Counted from the whole stretch's first letter, positions 26,775 to 40,595 are shown. The stretch: 54,405 nucleotides of DNA, filler included, from Streblomastix strix (GCA_008636045.1; 3 parts of 3 records of this genome joined end to end with filler, not necessarily neighbours in it); one strand, 5' to 3'. A program made the numbers and translations. Notes: a model not told the origin generated them from the letters alone.

Positions 26775-29700
26775 ATGAGTTTATTTCGAAAATTTTCTAA
26801 CTCTGGAAACGGAATCAACAAAAATAAAGAGAAGAAAACACGATCTCGTAAATTAGGGATGATATCTGGAGTGACAGGTAAATAAATTTCTATTTATTTT
26901 CCCATTAATTTTCTTCTTATGTTTATTTATTAGTTCTCTGTCTTGAGAAGATGATAAGTTAGAAAATATTCTCTTTTGAATATTCAAACATATATTTTAC
27001 ATATATTTTACATATATTTTGTTTTATATTGTCCAGATGTTATGTATTATGAGAGAATAGGGTATAAGATTGATATATTTTATATTATCTAAATACTTTT
27101 CAATACTTTTTCCCAAGAATGATGATTGGAGAATCTGGATATTTGACTCTTCTTGGTATATTCGCTATAGGTATATCATTAGCAGTCTTGACAATCCTAT
27201 CAGTAGGAATGATATTAGGAACTGGCAATGTGTGTAAATACATTATAAATGGTATTAATATAACTCTATATACATAATTATATTCCAGGTGAAAGGAGGA
27301 GGAGCATATTTCATTATATCCAGGACACTTGGAGTTGAATTTGGAGGTGGATTTGGAGTAGTGATGTTTGTATCTCTGGTTTGTGGGTCATCGATGAATA
27401 TTATAGGAATAACAGACTTGATATAATCAGTCATTCCTGCACTCAGACCAGATTAAGAGAATAATAACTTCATTGAATAAGACAATACTTAAAATATGAA
27501 ATATCATAATTTAACAATAATGGGTATTTAACTTGGTATTGTTATTATATGCGCCACAATTGTTATTCTTGGAGCTAAAATTTTTGCAAAAGCAACAAAT
27601 TTAATTTTTATTGTAATTGTTGTATCAGTTGGTGTAATGCTAGGTTTGATAATTAGATTTATTATATATTAATCATTTTCTATTATTTTCTTTAATTATT
27701 AATAAGTTTATCTGACAGTATGTAAAGAAAAGGATGTTAAAGGTTATGATGAAGGAGGTAAAGAAGTCGATCTTCATGTGTGTCCGTGGTCATTCAAATT
27801 GTTTATTAAAAGTAACCTTCTTCCTAAATTCTGGAAAAAGGAATTTAATGACAATAATAATAAATGGAAAGATGATTAAGATTATTGTTACAAAACAAAA
27901 GATGATAATTGGAATGAAATCAAAGATGCAGAAATTCTGATGAAAAATAATCTATCATAGAAAAAAGAATCTCTCACCATTCAATTAAAGAAATTAATGA
28001 AAAGATAATCGAATAACAGTATGTCACTTCTTCAGATATTTGGTGTAGCTATGCCATTGTTTACTAACATCTTTCAGGGTATATTTATTAATAACAATTT
28101 ATTTTAGTAAAAAAAGTATTATATAATATGATCTTGCAGAATCTGAATTTATTTATATAAATATTTTTTTATTTTATATATGAACTGAAATATAAGGTGT
28201 AAATATGAGTGGAGACTTAAAGAATCCTTAAAGAGATGCTCCTTATGGTTTTGATAAATAAGATTTTATTTCTTCAATTTAATATTAATTAATTAATTTT
28301 GTTATTTATTTTTCTAATATCTAATTATTCTTTTTTTATTTTTATAGGAACACTCATTGCAATTTCTTCATCTGCATCCATATTCGTTCTGACAATAACA
28401 ATATTAGCATTTAGAATTCCATCTGAATCTCTGGTTGCTGATCACTTCATTCTTGCTCGAACAACAATACCATATATTGTATATGTAGGCATTGCTGTAT
28501 CTTCACTTGGAGGTGCATTGGGTAACATGATCACAGCAAGTAGGATAATGCAAGCAATGGCTGAGGACGAAGTATGAATTTAATTGTAAATTAATATTGA
28601 ATTATTTTAATATATTATTTTTATTATTCAGATATTTCCTGGATTAGGATTCTTGGTTGGGAAAGTTCATAAGAAGAAGAAGAAAGAGATTGAGAAAATA
28701 GTAGATAAAGAATAATAAGAGAAAGAAAAAGAGAGAAATAAACAAATTTCTGAAAGATTATTGATTGAAAATAGATAAACATTCAGAAACAATGAAGAAG
28801 AAGGATAAATATAATTACTGAATGAATAAATTAGTCCAAAATAAATAAATGAAAAATAGAATCTTCTTAATTAATAATAGAAGAAGTCCTCTTCTGGATC
28901 AAATAATAGTAAAATTAAAATATAAGAAGATAAGAATAAAGTAGAAACAGTAAATTCAACTCCTTCAATTCTTGTTGCGACTGTTTTCATTACTTTTATT
29001 GTTATTACATCAAAATACTATGGAGGAAATAACAAAGTTGCAGCAATGACTGGTTTATTTTTATTTTCATTTTATATCATCAACTTAAATATTTATTTTT
29101 AGGTATCTTTAATTTAGGAGCTTATTTATTAACAAATGCAAGTTGCTTTATTCATACTGTGATTGGTGCTCCAAACTTCAGATCTTCATTTAAGTATGAA
29201 TTTGAAATATATTTTATTTATAAATTATTTTTATTTAATCTTCTAATTCGTAGATTCGGCAACAGATACACAAGTCTTGCTGGAGCAATTATCTGCTTAC
29301 TTACAGCTATTTTGATTAACCCATTAATTACAGCAATAGGAATTGTAATAATAATAACAATAATGATATCATTATCTTTTATTGAAAGTTTGAGAACTGG
29401 ATCTTTTAATGGATAAAACAAGAAAAAGAAAAAGAAATTGATGAATGTAGAAAACAAAACATTTATTAAGAAAGATAAAATTGAAATAGATAATAAATCA
29501 TAGATAGAAAATGAATTATTAATACAACCTTTAAAATATTAAGGAATTGGATAATAATAAATAAATGATTAATACCAAAAGATATAAAAGAATGAAGTAG
29601 AAAGAAATTACTAAGATATTATTATGAATAGTGAAGATGATGAAGATGAAGATGATGATGAACAATAAGGAAGAAAAGTGAGAGATTGGGGAAAAGTGAG

Positions 29701-32700
29701 TCAATCTTTCATATTTCACAGTGCAAGGAGAAATCTTCTTGCTCTTTCTCTTGCTCACTAACATATTAAATATTGGAGACCTTCCCTTCTCTTCTTCTGT
29801 TCATTTCATCCAGATGAAGACATAAATAATGAATATGACACAAATAATATATTTGATGATGAAGATATGATATAATAAGAAGGTGGTGGAATTGATTATC
29901 ATTTGGATAATACTGATGATAGATCAGAATCTGCTTCAGATTCTTCTAATTCAGATAAAAGTATAGGAAATAATAAAAAAGAAAAGAAAATGAAAATAAA
30001 TGATAGTAAAGCATTGAATAAAGAAAAAGATGAAAAGGATTAATTGACTGTATTTGCTGAATAAATAAAAAAGAAAGAAAGAAAGAAATTAGAAATGAAT
30101 AAATTAGTCAATAGAGAGAGTTAAGCATAATTTGAATTAGTATCGCATTCATAAACGATGAAGAGAAATGATTTATTTAAATAAACATTAACACGAAACT
30201 AAAGTTCCTTCTTTCTCACATCAAACTTTACAACATAAATCAGGCCACCAATAGCTCCTGCAGATGTAACATCATTCTTTGATCCAAGTTAAGTTGGAAG
30301 AACTACTCTGCATATTTGCAATGATCTGAAAAAAGGCGGTCTTCTTGTTCTTGCAAATATAATAGTCACCTAATAAATTGGATCAGATGAGAATGGAATG
30401 AATTAAATTAAGAAAAAGAAAAGAGGCGGATTAGATATGAGACTAATGAAGATTGTGAACAGACTGACTGATTAGATGCAAAGAGCAATTGATGGAGAAG
30501 GAGATACTAGAATTTATGATTAAAGCTCAGATATATATTATATTGAAGCTTCCAGGAGGGATAGAAACAGAAGAAGACAACCTATCAAAGCATTTCCCTC
30601 AGTTATTGCAGCAACTTCTTTTAGAAGCGGAATTTAATCTTATTTGCTGTCATAAGGAATTGGAGGGATGAGGACTAATACGTGTGTGTTCAGATTCTAT
30701 GAAGGTCTCGCAGATATGTCAGAAGATAAATAACAGAATTTGAGTAAAATTGATACAAATGAATTGCATGAATATGTTGGAATTCTTAGAGATGTAGTTA
30801 TTGCTGGATAACATTTTTTGCTTTTTCGCAATTTTGATCAAGGATTTATTTGGCCTGATGATGAGATAGACGAAGCAGAAAAGAAAAAGAAATATAAATT
30901 AGCTTAGAAATAATGGGAAATAGAATTAAAAAGGAAGAAAATAACAAGAAAAGAGTTATAATAACTTAGTGAAAATGGTGTAGAAAAGTCAATCAAACTT
31001 TAAAGTTGGTGGAATAAAAAGAAGATAAATAATCCATCTCATTTATCATTTTCTTTTCCATCTTCATTTTCTTCTTCTCCATCTTCAATGTCTCCACTCA
31101 AAGATCCATCCATTCCACAAACACAACCACTCATTTCTTAATAAAATAATAACATGCCTAATCACAATAATAATATTGCTGAATATAATTCTTTTTCATA
31201 ATCCAATTAAATTCCATATACATCAGATAAAATGGCTTAATAACAGACATATTAAGCCTAAAATATTGAATTTTCTAATTATCTAAATTCTCTTGCATAA
31301 GATAAAAGATAATAACAAAACCAGGCGCAAAATAATTTTACAAGCAAAATAGATGAATCAAGATTGCATGAAAAATAAATCAGCTAATTTACAGAAAGTT
31401 TTTCATCAATTTAATCAAAAGAATATATTGATGTTTGGATATCATGCAATTAATTATTTCCTAATGACCGAGGTTACATTGATTATGAAAATGAGAATAT
31501 CGATGGAAAGAACAATTAATTTTTCAATACAGAATAAGAGGAAGGAAATAATAAATTAGATAATTGGGACTAATCTTCATCAATGGCACTTTTATTTGGC
31601 CATATATTAATGCGATAAAAGCGGTGGCGAAAATACATTCTTCGTGCAAGACTTTTACTTGAACGAGAGTAAACATTATCAGGTATTAATAATAATGCAA
31701 ATTTTGCTATATAAATTACAGAAATATATATTTTTATTTTTATTTTAATTATTTTTCCATATTTTTTTTCTTAATTAGAAAGCAATAATTAATCAAACTT
31801 TATGCCATCACTTGAAGAGCTTAAAATGAATGAATTTCAAAAGAAGCACGATAAGATTCGACGTTAATATTACAAATAAAAGTTATAACGTGTTCTTGAT
31901 GATCTTCGTATTGAAGCGCAATGTGATATCGTTGAATATGACAATCCAACTTTAAATTCAAATACAAATAATAACACATAAGCTTTAAATTGTATTGCAC
32001 CTGATCTTCTTACTCGACAATATATATCTTCAATTAATAAAGCTATTCACAATAACTCTGATAGGATTATTATTTAGGATAATGAAGAAAATAAATTTTA
32101 GAAATTTTGTTGTTCTAAGAATATGAAAGATAAAAATGAATGGAATTAATTAAATTAAAATAAACATGTGTGTATTGAGCGGACAAAGCTCTGTTTAATT
32201 CCGTTGGATTCTCACTTCTAAGATGGGGAATAAGAAACATATTTGATTAATGAAAAAATATAAAAATCTGAATCTTTTAAAAATGGGAAAGAATTATTTA
32301 CACCCATTGAAATAGAAAACAGCAAAGAATCTTCTCTAAATTTAATGAAAAATAATGTTGATAAATCAAATTAAAATCATTATTAAAGTGTTGTATTCGA
32401 AGAAGATTTGAATAGTGAAGTTAATGTAGATCGAAAAATTAACTCTTCAAATCTAATTGATGATATTCCTACCAATAACAATAATATACCAATCTCATTG
32501 AATGTTTATTAAAATAATGGAATTCAAAAGGAATGCAAAATTCCACTTTCTACCTTCACAGCATTCTTCAGGACATTCAATTTTCCTGACTAATTAATCA
32601 TTAATCGTGAACATGCTTTGGAAGAACAGAAAAGAAACAAACAAAAATAGTAAAGCCCACTCAAGATTATAAATGAAAATTCAACTGGGGAAAATTTAGT

Positions 32701-32845
32701 ATTTGGCTATTCTCTTTCAAATTCAGAATAACTCCAATTTGCTCAGGAAATGGAATATCTGATGTAATTGACCCTACTCACACATAATTTGCCTCCAACT
32801 ATCCTTGTATATGCCTCACATCCAGTTGTTACTAGCGATATTTGA
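26775..32845 (+). CDS. SLC12 cation-chloride cotransporter family protein (SLC12A9-like), multi-exon
   Basis: RKLGMISGV, KGGGAYFIISRTLGVEFGG, NMSGDLKNPQRDAPYG, APNFRSSF, KYWRPSLL, CNDLKKGGLLVLA, GIGGMRTN, C-terminal LPPTILVYASHPVVTSDI*. Confidence 0.9.
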
Positions 32846-32939
32846 TATGGAACATATATTGTTTGACAATCAGCTCATTTTTTATATTCAATTTTAATAA
32901 CTCGTGTAAATAAATGTCATTAAATAAAATGTGAAGTGA

Positions 32940-33620
32940 TCAACTAAATTATTGCTGATTTTCATCTTTTTAACTAGTTTCATTTACTTCTATTTTTTGT
33001 TGTAATTTCTTTTTGTTTAACTTTGGTTTATTATCAGATATTTAACTTTAATCCACTTTTGTGTCAATTTCCTTCTCTTTATTCTAACTAGTATTCTAAT
33101 TATGCTTTTCAATATTTGCATTATTTATCTTCCTTTTAATTTTCTTGTGGTGTGATCGAGGTTGAGGAGTAGTATTTGAAAATTCAACAAGGATTGGTCG
33201 ATCATCAACAAGCTTTTGTTTCATTACTGCAACAGCATGGGTTGCATCTTGCACCGATGGGAAATCAAGAAATGCATATCCTAATGAATGCTTTTTCTCT
33301 GCATCCATCACAATCCTGCATCCGGTGACTGGGCATCCATGGTCACGGAATGCACGGCGTAAATTATGTTCAGATGTTTTGAATGAAAGATTTCCTACAA
33401 ATATCTATGCATTAATGTCAAATACCACTTATTCATGTTTATCTTTGAGTTTCTATTCATTTTCTATTAGACCTTCATCATTATATCTCATCCGTTTTCG
33501 TGATACATTTGGTATTTCCTCTTCATTTTTACTTTCTTCCTAAACTAGATTTTCTTAAGGAATGTCATATTATCGCTTCCTCTTTACTTTGTGCATCTCG
33601 TTTTTAAAGTCTTAATGCAT
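32940..33620 (-). CDS. Single-RRM RNA-binding protein (226 aa)
   Basis: RNP2 IFVGNL and RNP1 LGYAFLDF; ATG..TGA in frame with TAR=Gln. Confidence 0.9.
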
Positions 33621-33651
33621 TTATTCTATCAATATTTAAATAAAATTTAAT

Positions 33652-34021
33652 AAAATATTTATTGTAGAGAACTAGATATTAAAAATATTTGTTCAAAGTC
33701 AAATACAAGGTTTATGAAACTATTAATATAGTTAAAAAGGGTGTTTAATTTAAGTATTATAAAATTTTGATAATTAAATATGTAGAATACATAATTTGGA
33801 TCTATGAATGTGGACGGAAAATCTGTGCAAGTTCGAGAATTCCGTTCGAGATTTTGGATCAATATTTTGTTTGTCTTTGTAGAGATTTGAGTAAGATAAT
33901 ATTGTTTTGAAAATTTTACTTTTATTGATTTATTTAGAAAATACTAATTACTTTATTTTTTTGACTTTTCACCAAATTGTTAATTAATTCTTCAAGAGTT
34001 TATTAAAGTTTATAATGATTA
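33652..34021 (-). repeat. Inverted copy of the ~370 bp element, upstream of the RRM gene
   Basis: Reverse complement of 26378-26745. Confidence 0.95.
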
Positions 34022-34177
34022 CAGAACCAGGTGTATACGTTTTATTCTTAAATATAACACAAGAATATGATTAGAATGAAATGCATTAAAACTATATTAT
34101 TAAGGATATATTGAGTAAAACATTTTCTGATTCACACAATAATTCCTCATAAATTTTATTTAATTCTGTTCATAAAC

Positions 34178-34678
34178 TCATCCTGGACCTACCTTAGGAA
34201 TATCAAAATGCTATGGTAGCTTCTCAAGTTGGTCATTAAATCGCCCAATATTTTAACGATATGTTTGCTTTGCTCGCTACTTAATAATTTCCAACTCCTA
34301 AAAAAGAATGGTTTAGAATATATAATTGAATATAAAAAATACCCTTTTTGCAAAATCTTCCTCAAATTTTAGCTCTGCGGGTGTTTTCAAGCTACGAGCA
34401 ATTTCATCTGCGTGTTTCTCTCTGCTCTCAGCAGTGCTTTCATTACCAATATCTGTTTCCTTTAATGTGGATTAGTCTATCCCGTCTTTTGGTGATAATT
34501 TTTGTACTAATTCATGATCTGGCTCGGGTGACTTTATCCTTCGTCGTTTTTTTGTTTTTTTCTTCCTTTCTGGTAACTCTTCGCCCTTCAAAACAAACCT
34601 TGCAACAGGCACTTCATAATCATCAGACGCAATACGCTTAACGGGTTTATCTTTCGATTATTTTGATGTCATTGCCAT
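34178..34678 (-). CDS. FAM32A: FAM32A/DUF1754-like protein, one intron (~34298-34342)
   Basis: KTPAELKFEE...KR and C-terminal FNDQLEKLPQHFDIPKVGPG* typical of the family. Confidence 0.85.
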
Positions 34679-35154
34679 ACACTGATAAATTACAAGTGAA
34701 AACAATGTAAATTTATAGTTTTATTGAACATATTCCAGTGACAAACGCAATATATTGTTGGAATGTGCAGATTAGTGATTGTATTGAGAAATAATATTTA
34801 TTAATTGCGTATATTAGTTGGTAAATAATTATATGTTAAAAATTTAATAAAAAAATATATTTAGTAATAGGAATAGTGCAGAATTTATGTTTATTTATTC
34901 ATTCTATTAATTAACTCGCGAGTTTGGATTGTAAAATTTATGATATTATTTTAAAAGTTGAGGAATTAATATTTTGTAATGATTCATAAATCATAAAAAT
35001 TGTAACAAATTATATTAACAGAACTATTTGATTAAAAGCTTAATCTTTTAATTCTTGTTTATTTTTTAATAATATTTGATTTTTTTCAAATTCTAATTTA
35101 AAATACATGTGCATTTTATATAAATTTTTGGCAAAGATCTACTACATAAGTATC

Positions 35155-36250
35155 AGAAAACATTATATGAGTATTATCCACATTGATAGAGTATATGCCC
35201 ACATTGAGTGAGTATGTGAATACGTTATTTGAGGATATGTAAACAATATCTGAGTATGTATAAACAACAATTTAGTATGAAAAAACATTATACGAGTAAA
35301 AAAAATTTCTAATCATTTTAATAGATAAACATTCCACGTGTATTCAAAAACTATATATGAGTACTTGTACACAATAAATGAGGATCATCAAACATTATTG
35401 GAGGATTACAGAACATTATATGAAGATATTATATCTTCAAATATTTGATTAATTTTTAATGTTTAGGTTAGGCGTACGATCCGCACATTGTCTGCTCATG
35501 CGTTAATATATAGAGAGTTAATAGGATATGTCAATTTTACAAAACAAAATTGTTATTATTTCATGTAGCGCCAGAATTTTATCTTTTTTGTTAAAAAGGC
35601 AAATGTTTATGCAGGTCAATTGAGAGTCGCACGCCTAACCCTATCATTAGAATATATTAACGCATGAGCAAGCAACGTGTGGACCGCACGTCTAACCAAA
35701 CCATTAAAAATAATCAAATATTTGAAGATATAATATCTTCATATAATGTTCTATAATTCTCCAATAATGTTTGATGATCCTCATTAGTAGTTATGAGAAT
35801 ATGGAGAGTGCCCCACATGAAGGAAATTAAATAAATAAAGTAAATAAATTATGTTAAATAAAATAATGAATAAAATTAAAATTAAAATAAAATTTGTTTG
35901 TTTATTAATGCGAAAGAAAATATGCACTTGAATAAAATTAATGTTTGACGTATATAGAATGATTTGTGAAATGGATTAGTGAAATACATAAATGATATTC
36001 GTTATTGAGTTGTTTCTTTGTACGTATGGCACTCTCCATATTTACATAACTACATACGCAGTTGAATTAGGAACGTTAATAAATTTGGTTGATGAATTTG
36101 GATAATGGAAGTCTAAAATTTATTGAAGTTGCAACGCTGAAATCGTTGAATGAATTCATTGTATTTTGAATACACGTGGAATGTTTATCTATTAAAATGA
36201 TTAGAAATTTTTTTTACTCGTATAATGTTTTTTCATACTAAATTGTTGTT
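35155..36250. repeat. Foldback-like structure: degenerate ~21 bp tandem units plus nested inverted repeats
   Basis: ACATTATATGAGTAT-like units 35155-35425; IR 35263-35350/36164-36250; IR 35377-35511/35652-35785. Confidence 0.85.
35787..36052. mobile_element. MITE-like insertion within the foldback arm
   Basis: GTAGTTATGAGAATATGGAGAGTGCC ... GGCACTCTCCATATTTACATAACTAC terminal inverted repeats. Confidence 0.7.
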
Positions 36251-36350
36251 NNNNNNNNNNNNNNNNNNNNNNNNNNNNNNNNNNNNNNNNNNNNTTAATT
36301 AATTAANNNNNNNNNNNNNNNNNNNNNNNNNNNNNNNNNNNNNNNNNNNN
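36251..36350. other. Artificial contig spacer
   Basis: 44 N + TTAATTAATTAA + 44 N. Confidence 0.99.
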
Positions 36351-36481
36351 CATAGATTTAGGGGTATATTGTTCATGCTATTGATTTAAAATTACCTATA
36401 TCCACTAGGGGCTTGAGCTATCCATTCAACGTAATCCTTTTCACTATCATTGTTGATTATTTACAGACCTATTTAAGTCAT
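36351..36481 (-). CDS. 5' fragment of a viral hypothetical protein (MTQIGLQIINNDSEKDYVEW...)
   Basis: ATG following AAAA, open to the contig edge. Confidence 0.4.
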
Positions 36482-36513
36482 TTTATTTAATGTAAAAATA
36501 AACATCGTTATAT

Positions 36514-37335
36514 TCAGTGGATTGATCTCTCGGAAATGGTCTATCTAATTTGATTCATTATCTCATCTACATCTTAATCATTAGGTATAGTGAAACCAAG
36601 ATTCATCATTATAATACCTCTTTTATTTAACATATCCTTAATGACATGGTCAATTGATACCGCTATTGGTAAATTATTTATATAAATAGTTGATCTTTAC
36701 TCTATTAAAGGATATTTATTGATACTATTTTTATGTAATCTATGGACCTTATAATACCTCCCATCAATGTCTTCGTTAATGAGTTCAACTGAGTATATAT
36801 AATCATATTACTTATCTTAAGGTACTAATCTAGGTTCCATTTGTTGTATTGTATTACTATAGTCAATGTTCTCACGTTAAAGCTGTTCAATTAATCTACT
36901 TGTATTAACCTCAAAGGTAATGTGTGTTTGTTAGCTATTTTCGTTAATTGAGTCCATTATATCTGTAACAATATCAAGATATTTAATATTTGTTTTCATA
37001 CAGATGATATTAACTAATCTTGGATTAATATATGTTCCTCTAACTTCATTTATATATTCATTGATTAATTGATACTCACTAAGTGTGGAGAGCTAGCTGG
37101 TTTTCAAGCCAGCCCACTTATCGTTAATAAATTGCTTATATTATTTGTATAATTGAGTTGTAGATATATTCTTTAATTACTTATTTGGTTATTCGAGGTC
37201 ATTAATCTTTTATACTAGTTTCGCTGCATTAATGTATCCATCTTAATCTCTTATCATTATCTCAAATCCATTATATGTTCCGATAGTGAAGGTTTCGTTA
37301 TTGGATGTAATTTTAGTTGCTGTTGGGTTAGTCAT
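36514..37335 (-). CDS. KilA-N domain protein (273 aa)
   Basis: GTYNGFEIMIRDQDGYINAAKLV ... VRGTYINPRL, hallmark KilA-N motifs; intact frame. Confidence 0.88.
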
Positions 37336-37364
37336 TTAGCTTATCGATAAAGTAATGGAAAAAT

Positions 37365-37719
37365 AAATGAAGTGTAAAAATAGAATAATCGTAGATTCTT
37401 AACTCGATGAGTTAATTCAAAGTACATTAATATCGTTAATGATCTGGTTAATTGTATCATTTAAAATCCTTTCATTGGTTTATATATTATACATTCGACA
37501 TAATGGGATCATTTGCTCTAGTTTATTAATGATTCGTTATTTAAGTATAGTTTTATTCTATTTAACTGTATCCCATAATTCCGTTTGCTAATCCATCAAT
37601 TACTTTATCATTAATATTTGTTCGTTATGTTTAATAAGCTATTACTTGCATTTAGGATTCTAGCATTCTCCTTAATCTATATTTCCGTTGAGTTATGAAG
37701 GCTATAAGTCATAATCCAT
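37365..37719 (-). pseudogene. Small viral hypothetical protein, probably frameshifted
   Basis: MDYDLQPSQLNGNIDQGECQNPKCK... open frame under TAR=Gln. Confidence 0.4.
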
Positions 37720-37769
37720 TTACATACAGGTAAAAAAACGAAAAATAGAAAACTTTAATTAAATATTCA

Positions 37770-38327
37770 ATATCACATTATCATATCCTTATTTAACTCT
37801 CCAATTATATCCTATTCTAATACTATTATTTATGGATTTAATTAACATTTATTTTCCTTTTCATATTATTTTCTCCTCATCTATTGAATCTCACTATATG
37901 TATACCTAGATTATGGTTCTCCTTCAATGTCGGAATAATTAGTATCATTAACGTTTTTAATACTATCTTATTATAATTTCTTATCATACGCAGCTTTGAT
38001 TTTCTATTCGATGTTATCTTACTATAATTACCTATCATTATCTGCTTTGATTTTCTATTCGATGTTACGATTCGGTTCCGAAAATTATAGCTAACCAGTC
38101 AGCGATGATGGCTTTGCTAAGCAAGTAGATTAATGAGGTGATAATCGAAGATTCTCAGACAACTAGTTGGCTGATTAGTCCGTAGTCTATTATTCAAGCA
38201 ATTTATCGAGTTTCTCATTTATATCATTTAATGACAATGCTATCTCGAATTGCTATTATGTTTCCTCTATCATCTTAAGTATTTTACGCATGTATTCATT
38301 TATGTCATATATATCATTCTTATCCAT
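37770..38327 (-). CDS. Viral hypothetical coiled-coil protein with internal NIEQKIKA duplication
   Basis: MDKNDIYDINEYMRKILKMIEE...; 51 bp-period direct repeat at ~37994/38045; 3' end uncertain. Confidence 0.45.
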
Positions 38328-38359
38328 TTTGCCATTGAATAAAAAATAATCAAAAAATA

Positions 38360-38569
38360 TCACTTAGGTCCATTAATGTATCGATCAACTCCACCAGCTA
38401 TCCGTTACCCTACTCCCATAGCTGCTCCTACTCCTGGATGAATCATACAAACTGGACCTGCTAATGTACCCAATACCTTATTCAATGTTGGGGCAACCCA
38501 ACCTGCAGCTTTAGTTATACCTCCTAATATTTTGCTACCGAAATTTTTCAATCCAGACCAAAAATCCAT
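38360..38569 (-). CDS. 69 aa Gly-rich amphipathic protein resembling the adenovirus protein VI membrane-lytic helix
   Basis: MDFWSGLKNFGSKILGGITKAAGWVAPTLNKVLGTLAGPVCMIHPGVGAAMGVGQRIAGGVDRYINGPK*; intact; divergent from the putative MCP. Confidence 0.75.
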
Positions 38570-38629
38570 TTAATATAATAAAAAACTAATCGATTAATAT
38601 GTCTAAGCTGTTTATTTTTTGTAATCTAA

Positions 38630-40595
38630 ATGTCATTTGCATCAAGCGATTATCTGAAACGATTAGCTCAAGCACAACATTCGGATTACATTAACTCATA
38701 CTCATAATTCTAGGAAGTAATGCAGACATAAACTATAGTAGCATAATCATTTAATTTCTCTAAGCAATAATTCTATGATTAACTAGTGACTTAACTCACG
38801 AATGATGGAGCACATTATACTAGAGCTCCACTCGGGGCAAGAGGTCTCTCTACCTGTTCATGTGTTTAAACTTGTTAGATCAGTTGGTAAATTTAGATAC
38901 CAGCGAATACATTAGCGATATAGGTTAATGGGATAAAGAGTAATGGTGCAGCAGGTTTAGCTGCTAATAGATAAATATCAAATTATAATGTTTTTGATAC
39001 TAATAATTGGATAACACCTTAATCAGTAACAATGGAATCAGGTGTTGAAAATAATTAATAGAGATATAATATTGATGAGGAACACATTAAATTTTGGTTA
39101 GGTTTCTCAACAGCTTGTGAGCCATTTAATTAGATTGCTATATGCAAAGATTTGTAGAAACTATGGGATACATCAATATATGCTAGAATGTAAGCAATAT
39201 TTGCATCAAACTCATTGACTAACGAATGTACCGCTAATTTTGTGACTGTTTCACCACCTGAAAGTATAGTATAAGGCAAACGTCATTGTGGGGTATTTAT
39301 TGATATACCTACTGCTAAGATTAGTGTTGCAGGAGCTTTTAAATTACCTAATACCCTATGATATAGTATTTAGTAGAGTAATGGATCTGAATTAGCTAAA
39401 CCCTATCTTCAACAGCTTTCCCGTATTGACTAGAATTTATGCTTAATTGCATATATAACTCTGGATGAAAGATTTCTTATAAGACCTGAAGGTAGTTTGG
39501 TTGAATAAATACAATCCAGTTGATAATTCATATCTAGCCTATACAATGATTACACCAGAGAAACCTGATATAATTTACTTAAAAAATAGAGCTTACAATG
39601 AATATGCTTCATATGCTATTCGACTAGTTAATATGGAAGGTAAACCTAATACAACTACTATACCTACAGCCACTATAAGTTAGATTAAATATGCTAAATT
39701 TAATAAGCTATATATAAATAACCTATGCTTTAATATAGAGAATGAAGCAGTAATTGTTGATATGATTCGTTAAACAAGATTAGTTAATTTTCCTACATAA
39801 ATTTTATGTACTTAATCATCAAATTACCCTGCTAGTAACATTGCTGATGGTGGTGGATTTATTTAATCAATAATGTCATTTGCTAACATCAAGTCGATTT
39901 TCTTCACATTTGCTATGCCATAATATCCTACATGGGTCTTCCCTGTTCTATTTAAAAATATTGATTTGATTATAGATTAATGACATGTTATTTCAAGTGC
40001 TTATCCTGCATTAACTTAAGATGTCTGTAGATAAATGTTCGATTGTTTCGTTGATTAAGATATAGTTAGTGCTTCATCTGATTTATATCATTCATTGGTG
40101 TTTGAAAACGAGTCTATTGATGATCATAGCTATCCATATGGAATTGAAGTTGCTGAAACAGTGGGTTAACTTAGGCCAGTATCTAATGTATTTTATGCAA
40201 CGACACTATATTAGGGATCTAAAGCAATTAAGACATACTATCCTAATAAGTTTATGCTTGCATGGAAATTGGCCAGTGATGATTCATTTATGAGAGGGTA
40301 TAACTCATCTAAGATAGGTGCAAGAACTAACGTACAAGTATAACTCGGTATGACGCATGTAAATGCTATATGCACGGATGAGCCAATTATACCCGCTGAT
40401 CTAGACTAAAACAACTTTAGTTACTTTACCTCAACTAGATGTTACCCCAATATTAAGAACGTTAAATTGACTCCATTAACCCACTAACTATGCGATGGAA
40501 TTGTTCGTATAATGTTTGATGATAACCCCGATCCACAAGTGCTATCATTAGAGGTCATTGGCGTGATAAGTAGAAGTGCAATTAGATCTGGATGA
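38630..40595 (+). pseudogene. Putative major capsid protein (double jelly-roll), frameshifted
   Basis: ~650 codons, beta-strand-like alternating hydrophobic segments (IKSIFLTFAMPQYP, IDLIID); largest non-fibre gene of the packaging module; no diagnostic motif, so the call is contextual. Confidence 0.55.

Noticed and set aside
26988..27020. ACATATATTTT x3 tandem repeat
   Set aside because: Ordinary intronic micro-duplication.
35155..35425. CRISPR-like periodicity
   Set aside because: Units are contiguous degenerate 21-mers without unique spacers; eukaryotic context and no cas genes.
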